Position numbers and translations under genes: made by a program. A stretch of DNA of 64,000 nucleotides. It comes from Pseudogymnoascus verrucosus. Taxonomy: Eukaryota. How positions within the stretch are numbered: position 1 is the stretch's first letter; every line of letters begins with the position of its first letter. The notes beneath the pieces were generated by a model. It had not been told where the DNA came from. It saw only the letters and a program-made list of their open reading frames with translations, and ran no database searches. This document shows, piece by piece, positions 1 to 11,185 of the stretch. Location: assembly GCA_001662655.1 (NCBI GenBank), contig KV460219.1, one strand, 5' to 3'.

Positions 1-291
1 GTATTGGGAGGTGGGTCGGGAGCCATGATACGGTGGGCTTTGTAGTTGGGAAGAAGTGCCGGGGGTGAGGGTGGAGAACTTAAGCTTGAGTTCAAGTGGA
101 GACAAGGGAGTAAGAGGGGAACTGGATGCTAGATAGAATGAGACTGTGAGAATGGTGTGTCTCAGGGCATGAGCGTCGCATAGAAGCCAGCGGCTGTTCA
201 TGCATATGGTGTGGCTCTTAGCTTTCGAACAATATCAAGGGTGCTCTGCTCTTGCTTTCCAGATGATCCACCATATTCTCACAATCGCCCT

Positions 292-1040
292 CTACTTTAC
301 AAAAGCCTTAATGGGTTTTAAGCCCTCCACCTAATTAAAAGTACCTATAATATTAGTTAACTATACATCTTAAGGGCCTTACGAAACCTTAGGTGTATTA
401 TCTTCATTTTTCTAGAGCAAGCTACTAAGAAAATTATATAGGAAGCCTAGATTAAAACGATAAGCCCTTTTAATCTTTATAATATCTTCCTTATTTTAAT
501 TAACTATGAGCGCGTTAATGTTGCCCTTAATGTGATCTACCCTTCGACCTCTAACGAGTGGGAAGACGTATAGTGTCTTTTATATAACATATGCTATTGT
601 AATTTCTATGTTCTTAGTAGAGGCAAGATCTTCTATAACTTTAGAGACAGCCTACTTACTAGAAGATAGTTTATCTTTATAACTAGGGTTTCTTACTTTA
701 TGCTCTTTAAAAGATTCCTTAGATTAGAAATGTCCTTAACCAAGAGTACCATAAGGTAGCAAAGCCATCCCCTCGTCCTTGCATATACAAATAATATCAC
801 GCTTAAAATATCGCATCGCTACATTCCACTTTCCCTAGTAGACTGTAAATTAGCGGAGACTATAATCACGTGCATACTAGTTGGCTTTCGCAACGGCCTA
901 GGCGGGAGATTCAGAGATGCCGAGATACATGACCTTTCTAGAGACAACAAGGTCGTTAAGACTATGCATCAGTTCGGGAATGGTGGTAGCGTAGTCCTAC
1001 TAGTGTAGATACAGCAAGTCTATGTAAGAGGTACACAAAC
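292..1040 (-). pseudogene. RIP-inactivated aryl-alcohol dehydrogenase / norsolorinic acid reductase-like aldo-keto reductase (C-terminal two-thirds only)
   Basis: Manual translation of one minus frame gives TSYIDLLYLH**DYATTIPELMHSLNDLVVSRKVMYLGISESPA*AVAKAN*YARDYSLR*FTVY*GKWNVAMR...IAYVI*KTLYVFPLVRGRRVDHIKGNI...GTFN*VEGLKPIK. This matches AAD-type AKR motifs, with W and Q codons turned into TAG/TAA. There are more than a dozen stops and I saw no frameshift. Confidence 0.9.
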
Positions 1041-1186
1041 ATTAATTAATCATAATAGCAAGATATTAAATAGAAATAAAGCACTCATATCCTTGACTTG
1101 GTGGTCATTCAGCCTTTAGCTGCTAAATTTTCCTTACACACAGCTCATAAAACAGTAAATAAACAGACGATTGCTCCAATGATTAA

Positions 1187-2225
1187 TCATGTCTCCTGCC
1201 CAAAGGGTGGGTAAGCAGGGGCTTCTGCCCCATTGCACGAATATTGAACAATGTATGGATTGGGAACACTGTTCGGGCCCAAAATCACCGTCCCATCTGG
1301 CGCTGTCACACTTATAGCTTCATTGGAACCAGTCTGGGCATTAGCATATACAATGCGGAGCGCATAATACTGTCCCGCTTGCAGTTCCTTTGTGAATGAT
1401 ATGAGTTGTCCTGACGTTGGGCTGTACCATGCATCCTCTAGATCCGCATCCGCTCTAGTCCACCCAGAATATGCTTTTGGACCTATCCAGTAGAGTACAA
1501 TTTCATCGGCAAGGAGTGAGGTGAAGGTATATTGACCGCCTTGCAAAGCGTGGATGTAACCGCGGTGGTTAAGGGCAAAGTAGTCAGGCGTAAATGTCCC
1601 AGGAGAACCGTAAATATGAAGCGGTGATCCCCCGTCCCCGGATAGAGCCATGTAGGTTGTAGTGCTTGTATAGGTTGGGGTCAGGGTTTTCAAAAGGGAA
1701 GGGTCGAAGCTTGAATAACTCGTGCCAGGCAAATTCTCTTGTTGGTCAGGGTTAACATAGTAGGCCCACTCCATGCCGGAGTTGCTGACACATGCCCCTT
1801 GGCAGCATGTAGTAAGACTAGAGCACTGATAGTTTAGAGACACGAAATTAGTAGTCTAGTCTTGATATAGAATAAACATCAGTCTGGCTTACTTGATTAC
1901 CACACGCGCCACAGTTGCTTGGGTCACTAGAGGTATCCACACAGCGCTTATCACAAAGCTCCTCAGAGGCAATTTTCTTGCAAGGGCCGCATTCATAGCA
2001 GGGGCCCTTGTGGAAAATTGCGGGGATGGCACAGTCCGTTGGACTTAGTCCGTGTGTCGTGCACCATGCCAAACACTCCAAGAGGCCCCTTTCCTTGTTT
2101 TGAGGATAGGCAGAGCCGGTACCAATGATACCTGATTTTGATAGAATTAGTATAGTATGATTCAGGTGTTAGAGACAACTTGGCTTACCAAGTAGAAATA
2201 TAATAAAGGTCGATAACTTTGACAT
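1187..2225 (-). CDS. Secreted protein with N-terminal Cys-rich (STIG1-like) segment and C-terminal GLEYA/PA14-like domain; 3 exons
   Basis: ATG at 2225; GT-AG introns at 2188-2132 and 1892-1826. The spliced N-terminus MSKLSTFIIFLLGIIGTGSA is a signal peptide. Motifs: CDKRCVDTSSDPSNCGACGNQC, and GLEYA-type YFALNHRGY...ADEIVLYWIGPKAYSGW...GQYYALRIVYANAQ. Confidence 0.8.
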
Positions 2226-2455
2226 CTTGGTTGATAAACGTCAGATGTGATAGTATTTTTAGTTTGCCCCGTCTTAGAATCAGAAAGTCAATTGTGGATA
2301 TTGTGGATTCTACAGAAACAGCAGAGATTCTATTCTACATTTATATAAATAACGTTATAGTAACATCACTCGAGGAGACAAGGTTTGTGCTCATAAGATG
2401 TTCGAGGTCAGAAGAGCTGATACGGAATTCAAAATTTGCCCAATTACTTCTCTAG

Positions 2456-2511
2456 GGGATGACCAATGTCTCATAGTATACGAGTCGCGACTATGAGACA
2501 TTGGTCATCCC
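2456..2511. repeat. Perfect 22-bp inverted repeat with 12-nt spacer
   Basis: GGGATGACCAATGTCTCATAGT (2456-2477) is the exact reverse complement of ACTATGAGACATTGGTCATCCC (2490-2511). Confidence 0.95.
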
Positions 2512-3774
2512 AGGGAGCCGGACGCGCCGTCAATACGCCAGGGCTGAACTGGTGTGGCCAAATGCGTCAGCGACCTCTTCTGCCAGTAACCTAGGGGGTA
2601 CCAACTGTCATATCACCAATCTCCGTCAGTCCAATCAAAGGACAGTGCCGTAGTGCTTGCTGATCCGGGTTGACATCCACCCTCCTTAAGTATTTGTAGC
2701 GTGACAGGAGCAGCCTGTAATTAAGGGTGAAAAAGTCCGTAGAAAACAGAGCCGTGTCAGCAGGTCGTTCAGATAGTTGGTAAAGTATTCTAGGAATACG
2801 ACAGGTCGCCCAAGTGGTGGCGCCGGGTTGCTGAAGTATGGCCATCGTGGCAGCAGGGAAACGACAGCAGTACGCCAGGCTGTGTGACAGGCCGCTGGAG
2901 TCGCTAGGGTATTGGTTGCTAGCTACATAGGAAGTAAGACACTCGTGGCATATTGTTTCAGGTCAGTAGCATCACATGGCTATACCTTCAAGGCGTAAGG
3001 AACAACATAAGCATTTACTCCCGAAGCCAATCGTGAAGCCTAAGTGTACTAACGTTTAAAACCACTTCATGCCACCTTCACCCATTGTATCTATGTGGTG
3101 TCGATCGAGCCCGTACAATCCAGGCCTAAGGGCCTATATTAGACGCATGCTGTTTTTGTCTTAGAGAGGAACAGCATTCAAGGGCGGGTCTCTCTCTGGT
3201 GTAGGTCGAGCTACCAGAGAAAAAGTTCCCGCGATGAGGACAATGGTGTAATACATGGTGATATTCGGCAGGAGAATGTGCTTCGTGACGCAAACAAGCA
3301 AGTTTAATGCTAGTCGATGTTGATCGTCGTGATGTAAGAATGCTACCAATTCTACACTAGTCATGGGATACATGGTGATAGAGTTTGCAAAAACGGCTCC
3401 CTTGGGTGTTGGTCGAGGATGCCTAACTGTAAAAGGGTGCAAGTCGTCAAATGGCATGACCCACTTCTATTAGCACAAGTTGCTTACTCTAACTATGAGC
3501 GAAGCCAATATTTGCTCACGACGATTAGACGCCTTTAGCTTTGCTAGTAGAGTTAATTTCTGAATTAAAAGGTGATTTTACAGCAGAACACTATTAACGT
3601 GATATATTAGAAGGATACAACAAGCCTGAAAGTTGTTGCTTGTACAGCAAGGCTCGCTACAAGTGGTAATAGAAGCTACGGATTACATACAACCAAAAAC
3701 AAAACCAATATTTCCCGAATGCACACCTTGGTATTTCCTTATTAAGTTCAAATGACAAGCGCCAGCGCTAATTC

Positions 3775-5047
3775 TCAAGGACGCAGAGAGATCTCATCAT
3801 CGCTTCGCCGCTTCGGTATCCCCCTCTCATGCGGTCGCTGATCAAATGTATTGTAAAAAGTGCTCTGATTAGGAAGACTCTCTCCATCACTAGACTCGCC
3901 GTCCTCAACTGACACATTCGCCACAGTCTTTTTATTAATATCGTAATCACTAAGCTCGATGTTTCCATTTGATTTTTTTCCAACCTCGGAGAGGTTGCTA
4001 GATTTTATGGCTTGCGTGCCGTTATTGCTGTTGGAACTTTCCCCCACGGCATATTCGTGACATGAACTTAATCCGTCACGCTCAGAGGCGGTGGAGGCTA
4101 GAGCTATTTTCTTGATGAGCGAGGCCATGGTCATTTCAATGTTGAGCTTGACCATGTATGCCACAGGGTGAAATTGCGTGTAGACCAAGCCGTTTGGGAG
4201 GAACATGAGGCCAATGAGCATAACCTTGAGAAGAGCAGTTAGTAACTTTGCCAACACAGGTATAAGAACGCGATCGAATACTTACATCCATAGACACTGA
4301 GACGACTAGCAAACGTGCATTGAAGGAGACGAGAGGAGCATATTTAACTAATCCATGGTATTTGACAAGTCGCTCTTTAACGCTCCGAATGAAGTAATAA
4401 TTTAGGGCAGCATCGATAACGCAAATAAGGGATTTGGATGTCGGATCCCAGTACTTGTTTATCTTACCAAACCTACAATTTGTTAGTTACTATTTTAAGT
4501 TCGAGACATAAAGACGTACATAGGACTTGGAGGATGAGAAGAATGCGCCGGAATCCAGATGCAGAATACAATGATTTGAATAATGCTAATAACGATTGCA
4601 GTTCCCCACTGTAAAACCAGTAAGTATGTGACCAACTAATGTAGAATATAGAAAATACTTTAATTCTTGCTAGCAGGCGAAGGTCATCAACAATAATGGC
4701 AGTTCTGTTGATGATAATTTGCATTAGGAGTTGAATTTCGAAAACCCATAGAAAGAGAGCTAGGAAGAGGATTGGGATACTATTTGATATAATTAGAATT
4801 AATGTAGCAGAAACATGGGGTGAAAGGTATACGTAGGAGCGACTACCCCGTCTACAAGCAGCCACGCAATGATCCCTATCGCAAGATTTACCAGAATCTC
4901 ACCCCATATCATATAGACGTAGTGGCTTCGAAGTGGATACCTCACAACTTTCGTCTGCTTAACAGCCTCCCAAACTGTCAGGATGCCAAAGCCTATAGTG
5001 AACCCAGCCGCAGCAGCCGCAAGCTTAAAATCTGCTTCGGAACTCAT
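3775..5047 (-). CDS. Multi-pass fungal integral membrane protein of unknown function; multi-exon
   Basis: Hydrophobic exon ORFs (AAGFTIGFGILTVWEAVKQT, YVYMIWGEILVNL, LFLWVFEIQLLMQIIINR, VYTQFHPVAYMVKLNIEMTMASLI) can be joined by short GT-AG introns. The first in-frame ATG is at 5047. Confidence 0.75.
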
Positions 5048-6113
5048 GATGCCAGAGAGTGAATTAGAAGAAGCAGCCGCATAGAATTTGTAAAGCGACA
5101 CTATTTTAACACTTGGCGGAAAAAGCTGATAACGGTGAGAGTAACTCGCGAAGTCTTGGAATATCTGCCAAAATGCAGCGGATGCAGGCTATAAGTTGGG
5201 ATCCTGGCCTGATTTGCAAACCCATGTTTACCCCGCATGATGATCTTCGTTGAAGACTCTGAACTAGGTGCGATTCCTTTCAATAGTGGTTCAGCCACAT
5301 CTCCGGAAAAGTATTGAATTACTCCATTCATCAACCTATCATATCCTGAATATCTTTCGCCCGCGTTCCTGAAACGTGTGGCATGAGTGGCGCACCATTA
5401 TTGACAATCTTTCTAGCCAAATAAGGGAGATGTTCGAACGCTCGGTTCGCTCAGGACTATGCTATGGCTGCCGTAACCCCACATTTCCCCTATACCCTGC
5501 ATACCACTGACACGACGGCTGTACTTCGATGTCTATCACTTGTAGTTACCTAGCTTTATACTACCTCCCCCTGAATGATTGTAACGATTCACTCCTTTGT
5601 CAAAAAGACACTGTCAGTGATCTCATCTTATTTACGCCTTTTTACCTATATCGGGTACTAATCGGGTACTATAAGTGGGCTGACACGAACTTCAAAATAG
5701 CGGGCCGTCACAATAATTCAGAGGGGAGATAGTACACGGTATAAAATCGTAAGGAAGACGCCACTTCCGCCATCCTGTGTCACAAGTGTGTTCCAATTGA
5801 AGCATCTCGAACACGAGGAAACATCATGCCAACTATTAATCACAGACCACATAAAGATACTAGTCAGCTAAATCACCACAACGGGCACCCCACATGCCGG
5901 CAAACGTGCCACCCGCATTGACTGACGGCGCAAGGGCCTCGTCGGGGCGCGGAATGTGTCGCCTCGGATGAACATTCTTGGCTAGGGTGCTTAATTCGAC
6001 AAGTGGTACGTTTCACCACGAAGCTGCTACCCCGCACCGATTGTCTACGCCACATTCTTTTGCACTTATATGGCTGTTTCCTGCCATAATCGTTGCGATT
6101 GCTCTTATCAGAC

Positions 6114-7243
6114 ATGGCTCTTATCCATGATCATTTACCTCCACCCGACTACGCGTCGCGGAAAGTACCTCTGATCGCTTTACACGTATTTTTGGTGTTG
6201 TTAGCTTTGACTTTCTATGGCCTTCGAATATACACACGTGCTCGTATCCTTCATAGTATCGGTACCGATGACTGGCTTATGGGAGTTGCGCTGGTTAGTT
6301 TGTCTTCTACATTGCTAGTTTGGTGCACTCATTCTCTGGAAAGCTTTTTAGTATCGCACTGGTGATCAATGCCTGTATTAGTACCAAATTCGGCTGGGCC
6401 GGACATCTCTCTGCAATCCCATACAAAAACTTAAGCCCTATCCTTCAAAACATCTGGATCTCCGAGCTCTTGTTTACTCTCACGACATCACTCGTGAAGA
6501 TTTCCATCCTCTTATTTTACCTTCGTCTCGCCGTCACACCGACCTGGAAGAGAGTGATATATGGAAGCATTGCGTTTATTGTCGTCTGGACTATTGCGTT
6601 TTGCTCCCTCATCATCTTCGTATGTATTAAATCGAACAGAGCGGAATGTGGACTGAACGAGTTGTAGCAATGTACTCCAGTGAGCGATTATTGGGATCCA
6701 ATTTCTACGAATTGCTACCCCGCTGAGATAGCTCTTTTCACACACGGACTCACCAATACGATTACAGACATATACGTCTATGTCTTACCTATGAAACTGG
6801 TCTGGAAAACAAACTTACCGAAAAGGAAGAGAATCGAATTAGTGATCATCTTTGGAGCTGGTTTCTTGTCAGTCTCAAATTGACACCCTTCCTTAAATAG
6901 ATGCAACTTTGTTGACTTTAATAGGGTCTGTGTTTCTGGTGGGCTGCGGCTATATTACACGATTCTTACCCAGACGTCTGACGACAGCCCTTGGATAGGC
7001 TTCGCCATGTATACCTGGGAAGCCACGGAGGTGAACCTAGGTATAGTCTGTGCATCTGCACCTCCTCTCAAGGCACTCATCAGACACATCATCCCAAACC
7101 TCAGGCTGTCCCGCACTGATAGCACTGCTAGAGGCGAAAGACGAAGTCGCGCTAGGAATCCATTCAGGATACGAGAGGAAGGCTATATTCCGGATAAGGT
7201 TCGAACGACAAGAGATATGGAGTGGGTAGGTTGCGAGAGTTAG
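6114..7243 (+). CDS. Pth11-like (fungal rhodopsin-domain) 7TM integral membrane protein without CFEM; multi-exon
   Basis: Family motifs LRIYTR...GTDDWLM, KISILLFYLRL, TNTITDIYVYVLPM...W...LPKRKRIEL..IFGAG and WEATEVNLGIVCASAPPLKAL. Confidence 0.85.
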
Positions 7244-8141
7244 GAAGGCCAGGCGAAGTTGCAGCTGTACAAGATTGATGCAAGTCAGCGGGTGTGACAA
7301 CTTAGTTTTAGAAGGCAGTGCATGATTAACTGGGAGTTGAGAACTACTGTGCTTAGGCTTTTATCCCTACAAAGGTTTTCCTAAGGTTGTAATGATAGGA
7401 CTACTGCAGCTGTATGACAGAGCGACAGCCAACGCAGAGTGCTGAGTCTACCTTAATCATCGGCTAACCATCTCTCGTCTGTAAACGCTCGTAGACCTTG
7501 CTCATCTCTGAGTGCGGGGACTGTGGTCGCCTACAAAGTACAGGAAATAATGGCGACGTTGTACATAACGCTGAAAGAAGGTTTGTGCAAGCCGCGAAAC
7601 TCAGAAGTTGGGAAGCGGAAACTAGAAATCCTGATCCTGAAGCTGGGCATCAACATTTGGGTCGCTAGAGAAGGAAAAACATACGAAAAGCAGTGCTGGT
7701 TCTTGGTTCCCCCTATCTCCTTCCCATCAACAAGCTGCTCAATATCTCGGAGTAGCTCCGTACAGCGACCCACGATGATATCCACATAAATCTCCAGCCC
7801 CATATTCCAAGGCTGCTTGGTCGGCGAGTAAAGTCCTCGGAAGGGTGCCGAATCAAGCCGAGCCCCGAGAGAAGCCAGTCCATTCGCCGAGAACCAATCG
7901 ATGAGCCCTAGCGGGAGACGGTCGCCAAACCGAGTCAGGGGTTTGGCGGGGGTGGGGCCGAGAGGGGTGGATTCTCTCCCTTTAATGCAAGGCTCGGCAG
8001 CCTTCCGTGGAGTACAGTTCTGCTGCACATATAATGGAGCGAAGACATGGCGTGAGCATCAGGGAAGCGCCGGTGTCGCGGAAAAGCTTGGTTATTTGTC
8101 GATATGATAATTTCATAACCCTAACCCACTTCGCTTCCACA

Positions 8142-8618
8142 ATGCCTCCGCCAGTACAAGTCGCACGCAGGCGCATTTTAGAACCAAAGATTGGTGAGAA
8201 TGGCTACCAAGGCTTTCAGCCAGGGAAGTCTACTGTACTTCCGGCTGGTTGGAATGGGCACAATGCGAAAGCCCTCAAGAGCGACATTCGGGTCGACCAC
8301 GACGTCGAGATAGTGATGCACGATGGTGTTAGGCTTTACGTCGATATCTACCGGCCCGAAGGCAGCACCGAGAAGATCCCCGCAGTTCTCAGTTGGTCAT
8401 TTTACGGCAAGAAGTACAGTGCCCTCGAAATGCTTCCCATGTGTGTCTGGAACTGCTGTGTTCCCCGGTCTGATCTAAGCGGTACCGAAAAGTTTGAAGG
8501 GTTGGATCCTCAAAAGTGGTGTCCAAAAGGATATGCAATTGTGAGTGTCGACACTCGTGGGGCTGGAAACAGTGACGGGGAGATTGGATATATTATGGCA
8601 GATTTCGAGATTGGCTAG
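8142..8618 (+). pseudogene. 3'-truncated CocE/NonD family (peptidase S15-like) hydrolase; only the N-terminal part remains
   Basis: DVEIVMHDGVRLYVDIYRP...PAVLSWSFYGK...FEGLDPQKWCPKGYAIVSVDTRGAGNSDG matches CocE/NonD. Similarity stops at ~8588, before the nucleophile G-x-S motif. The convergent MFS ends at 8916, leaving no room for the rest. Confidence 0.8.
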
Positions 8619-8915
8619 TTTTACGAGGCTGGTAACGATTCCTACCGCGATTACAAATGAACAAGAAACTGGAATCGGAGTCACCCGAGCTAGAAACGTA
8701 CTGCTACGAGCTGTGCTAGCACTTCTCTTCCTCCTGTTTTTTTCTCTCCCTTTCCCTAGGCCAAGTCACATACATAGGGCTGTATCTAAGCGTTTGACTC
8801 TAATATACTGCAATTGCAGCACCCCTTCAAACATCGAAAAGGGAAATTGTTGCCAATAGATTCTAGTATTAAAGGACTAACACTCCTGCCTGGCCGACTT
8901 ACGTTATACAAATCT

Positions 8916-10616
8916 TCATGTAGTCCACTTATGCGTATTATTGCCAACCATCTTATTATTCAGTCTCCTGTAGTAGATGTGCAGCCCAAAGCTCAAGACG
9001 CCACCCAGCACCAAGAAGCCAGCATTGATAGCATGGCCAAGTCTGTAGGCCGGCTTGTCCTTCGCACGGTAAATCCAGACGCCAATAATTTGACCGGGGC
9101 CAGTGAAAGCGATATTAAGACCGGAGGCCAGGGATCCTGCTGTCGTGGAGCGGACATTGTCAGAGACCCAAGCACAGAGCGGCGGGAGACCACCGAAGAC
9201 ACCGCAAGTGGAGAGTACCAAGAAGGCGTAGCGAGCTTTATACGCGTCTTCCGCGAGAACGGCTAGAGTCGTGTCAGTAAGTGTGTTTATTTGAGAATCG
9301 CTATATATTTGCTGACCTTGAATGATAAATGAGATTGCACCAATACTGAAGCATATGCCCGCGATGAGGCCTCGGGTCTTCTTATAGTCTGAGTACATGG
9401 CCACAGCAAAGGTAACGACGTAGGCGCAAGCGTATGGTGGGACGGTGAACAGCTGCGCCTGAAGATCCACGTAGCCAAGCCCAGCAACGATTGTGGGCGA
9501 GAAGAGAGAGAGCGACGAGACACCGACACCCAAAGCCATATATGTGACGTAGTGAACCCAGAGACGAAGGTCTTTAAGAGTCGCCTTTGCGTCCGCCCAG
9601 TTGAGCTTCTCCTCACTGCATGATAGTCAGACAAGCCTAGAGAGGTCACAGGAATAGACCCACCCTTTAGAGCAATTTGCACCCATTCGTGATTCTTGGA
9701 GAAGTTTTTCCTCGGCGTTTAGCCAAGTCACAGTCTCTGGATATTGAGGAAGGAAGAAGAAAATAAAGATGCCACAGATGATGGATGGTGCACCTTCAAT
9801 AATAAAGAGCCATCTCCAGGCCTCGAGACCGCCGACAAGGTTCATGTGTCCAACACCATATGCAATAGCACCGCCAAAGGCACCGGCAAGAGTCGCACTG
9901 CAGAGGAAGCCAGCGATTCTAGTTGCCCGTTCATGCGGACGATACCAGAAGCTGAGGTAGAAAATCATACCAGGAAAGACTCCAGCCTCGGCAGCCCCGA
10001 GAAAGAACCGAAGAACAGTGATAGTGGCGACGCTTCTGGAGCCCGCGATACCAGCACAGAGTGCTCCAAAGGCGAAGACTAGGAAGCCCAACCATCTGCG
10101 CTTGCGTTAGTCTGACATACCTCGAACTGTCGCCGACGCAGCCTACCTAGGCGGTGAAAAGATTTTCATGGCGAGGTTGCTGGGAGCCTCGAATAGAGAG
10201 TATGCAACAAGGAAGACCATGAGGGCGACTGTGTACTCATATGTGGTCATATTGATGGAGCTAAGAAGATCATCTTTGGTGGATGAATTGAGAATCTTTG
10301 CGTTTCCTTGATATAAGTTAGAATTTGTTGCCGTGATGATTTTGTGGCCACACTTACCAATGTTTGATCGATCAAGGTAGCATAGAAGGTAAATTAGCGC
10401 CGTCGCAGGCATGATCCGCATGTCAATCTTTCTCACGAGCCTGTCAATACTAATCAGTGATATGTTTGAAATGAGCAACAAAGACACCCACTTCTTCTCA
10501 GCTGCTGCAGCTGCTACATCAAATTCAGCTTCAGCTTCAATCTTGCCATCTTCAACATGGTTAATGCTGCCGTCCATCCCATCTTTTTCAACAGGGAGCA
10601 CAAGAGTAGCGGCCAT
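8916..10616 (-). CDS. MFS transporter, allantoate/nicotinate permease (DAL5/TNA1-like, anion:cation symporter) family; multi-exon
   Basis: Motifs LVRKIDMRIMP, LDRSNIGNAK, FEAPSNL, RFFLGAAEAGVFPG..FYLSFWY, WRWLFIIEG and QLFTVPPYA. Confidence 0.9.
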
Positions 10617-10782
10617 GTGAGGCAGTATTAGACGAATGATGCTAATTTTCTAGAGGAGTAAATTTTTGGCTTGCGTCGATAGCTGTCAAACAAATATTTC
10701 GTAGTGGCCCGTCAATATAGTACTAGACGGAAAGGCATTTTGATGGACACGACCTCCCTTAAATCCAGACATAATGAGATGA

Positions 10783-10817
10783 GGGGAACCAAAGAAGAAT
10801 CTGGGGTAATTGCGGGG
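10783..10817. promoter_or_regulatory. CreA/Mig1-type SYGGRG sites upstream of the MFS gene, in a GGGGAACC-TGGGGTAA-TGCGGGG arrangement
   Basis: CTGGGG at 10801 and GCGGGG at 10812. The same ordered triad recurs at 13821-13868. Confidence 0.45.
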
Positions 10818-11185
10818 AAGAATTAGGGCGTGCTGCTAACCCGAGAACCACTACTAGCCTGAGAACCAAACAATTACTGTGAACCGAAACGCGATACCCG
10901 ACCTCTAGCTTGATTTATGACAATTCACGCGATTGGATGGAATAGAAACACTAGTCCCAATGATTCGTGTTCTAAGCAAGCGAGTAGAGAGCCTTTACGA
11001 CCACATCAATATTCCCGGTGCGGGGCCTCAGATATTACTATGGGGTTCGGACAGCGTCCGGCAGTCACTAACCAAAAAATTGGCCGCTCTTTGTCCCGAT
11101 GAATACTGTCCGCGCCTATCAGAACAATGTGAAGAATTTAGACCTAGGCAAGCATATATATCATGACTATACAGTTCACCATTAT

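Noticed and set aside
1..26. Possible gene start (ATG at 26, minus strand, MAPDPPPN) after a pyrimidine-rich leader
   Set aside because: Only 8 codons are inside the window, so it cannot be verified.
2591..2845. 84-aa minus-strand ORF beside the hairpin
   Set aside because: No transposase or other recognisable motif, and too short to call.
7400..8028. Minus-strand ORF with splice-like signals, faintly like a helical N-terminal domain of NACHT proteins
   Set aside because: I could not build a coherent gene model or confirm any family motif. It may be a relic, but that is unsupported.
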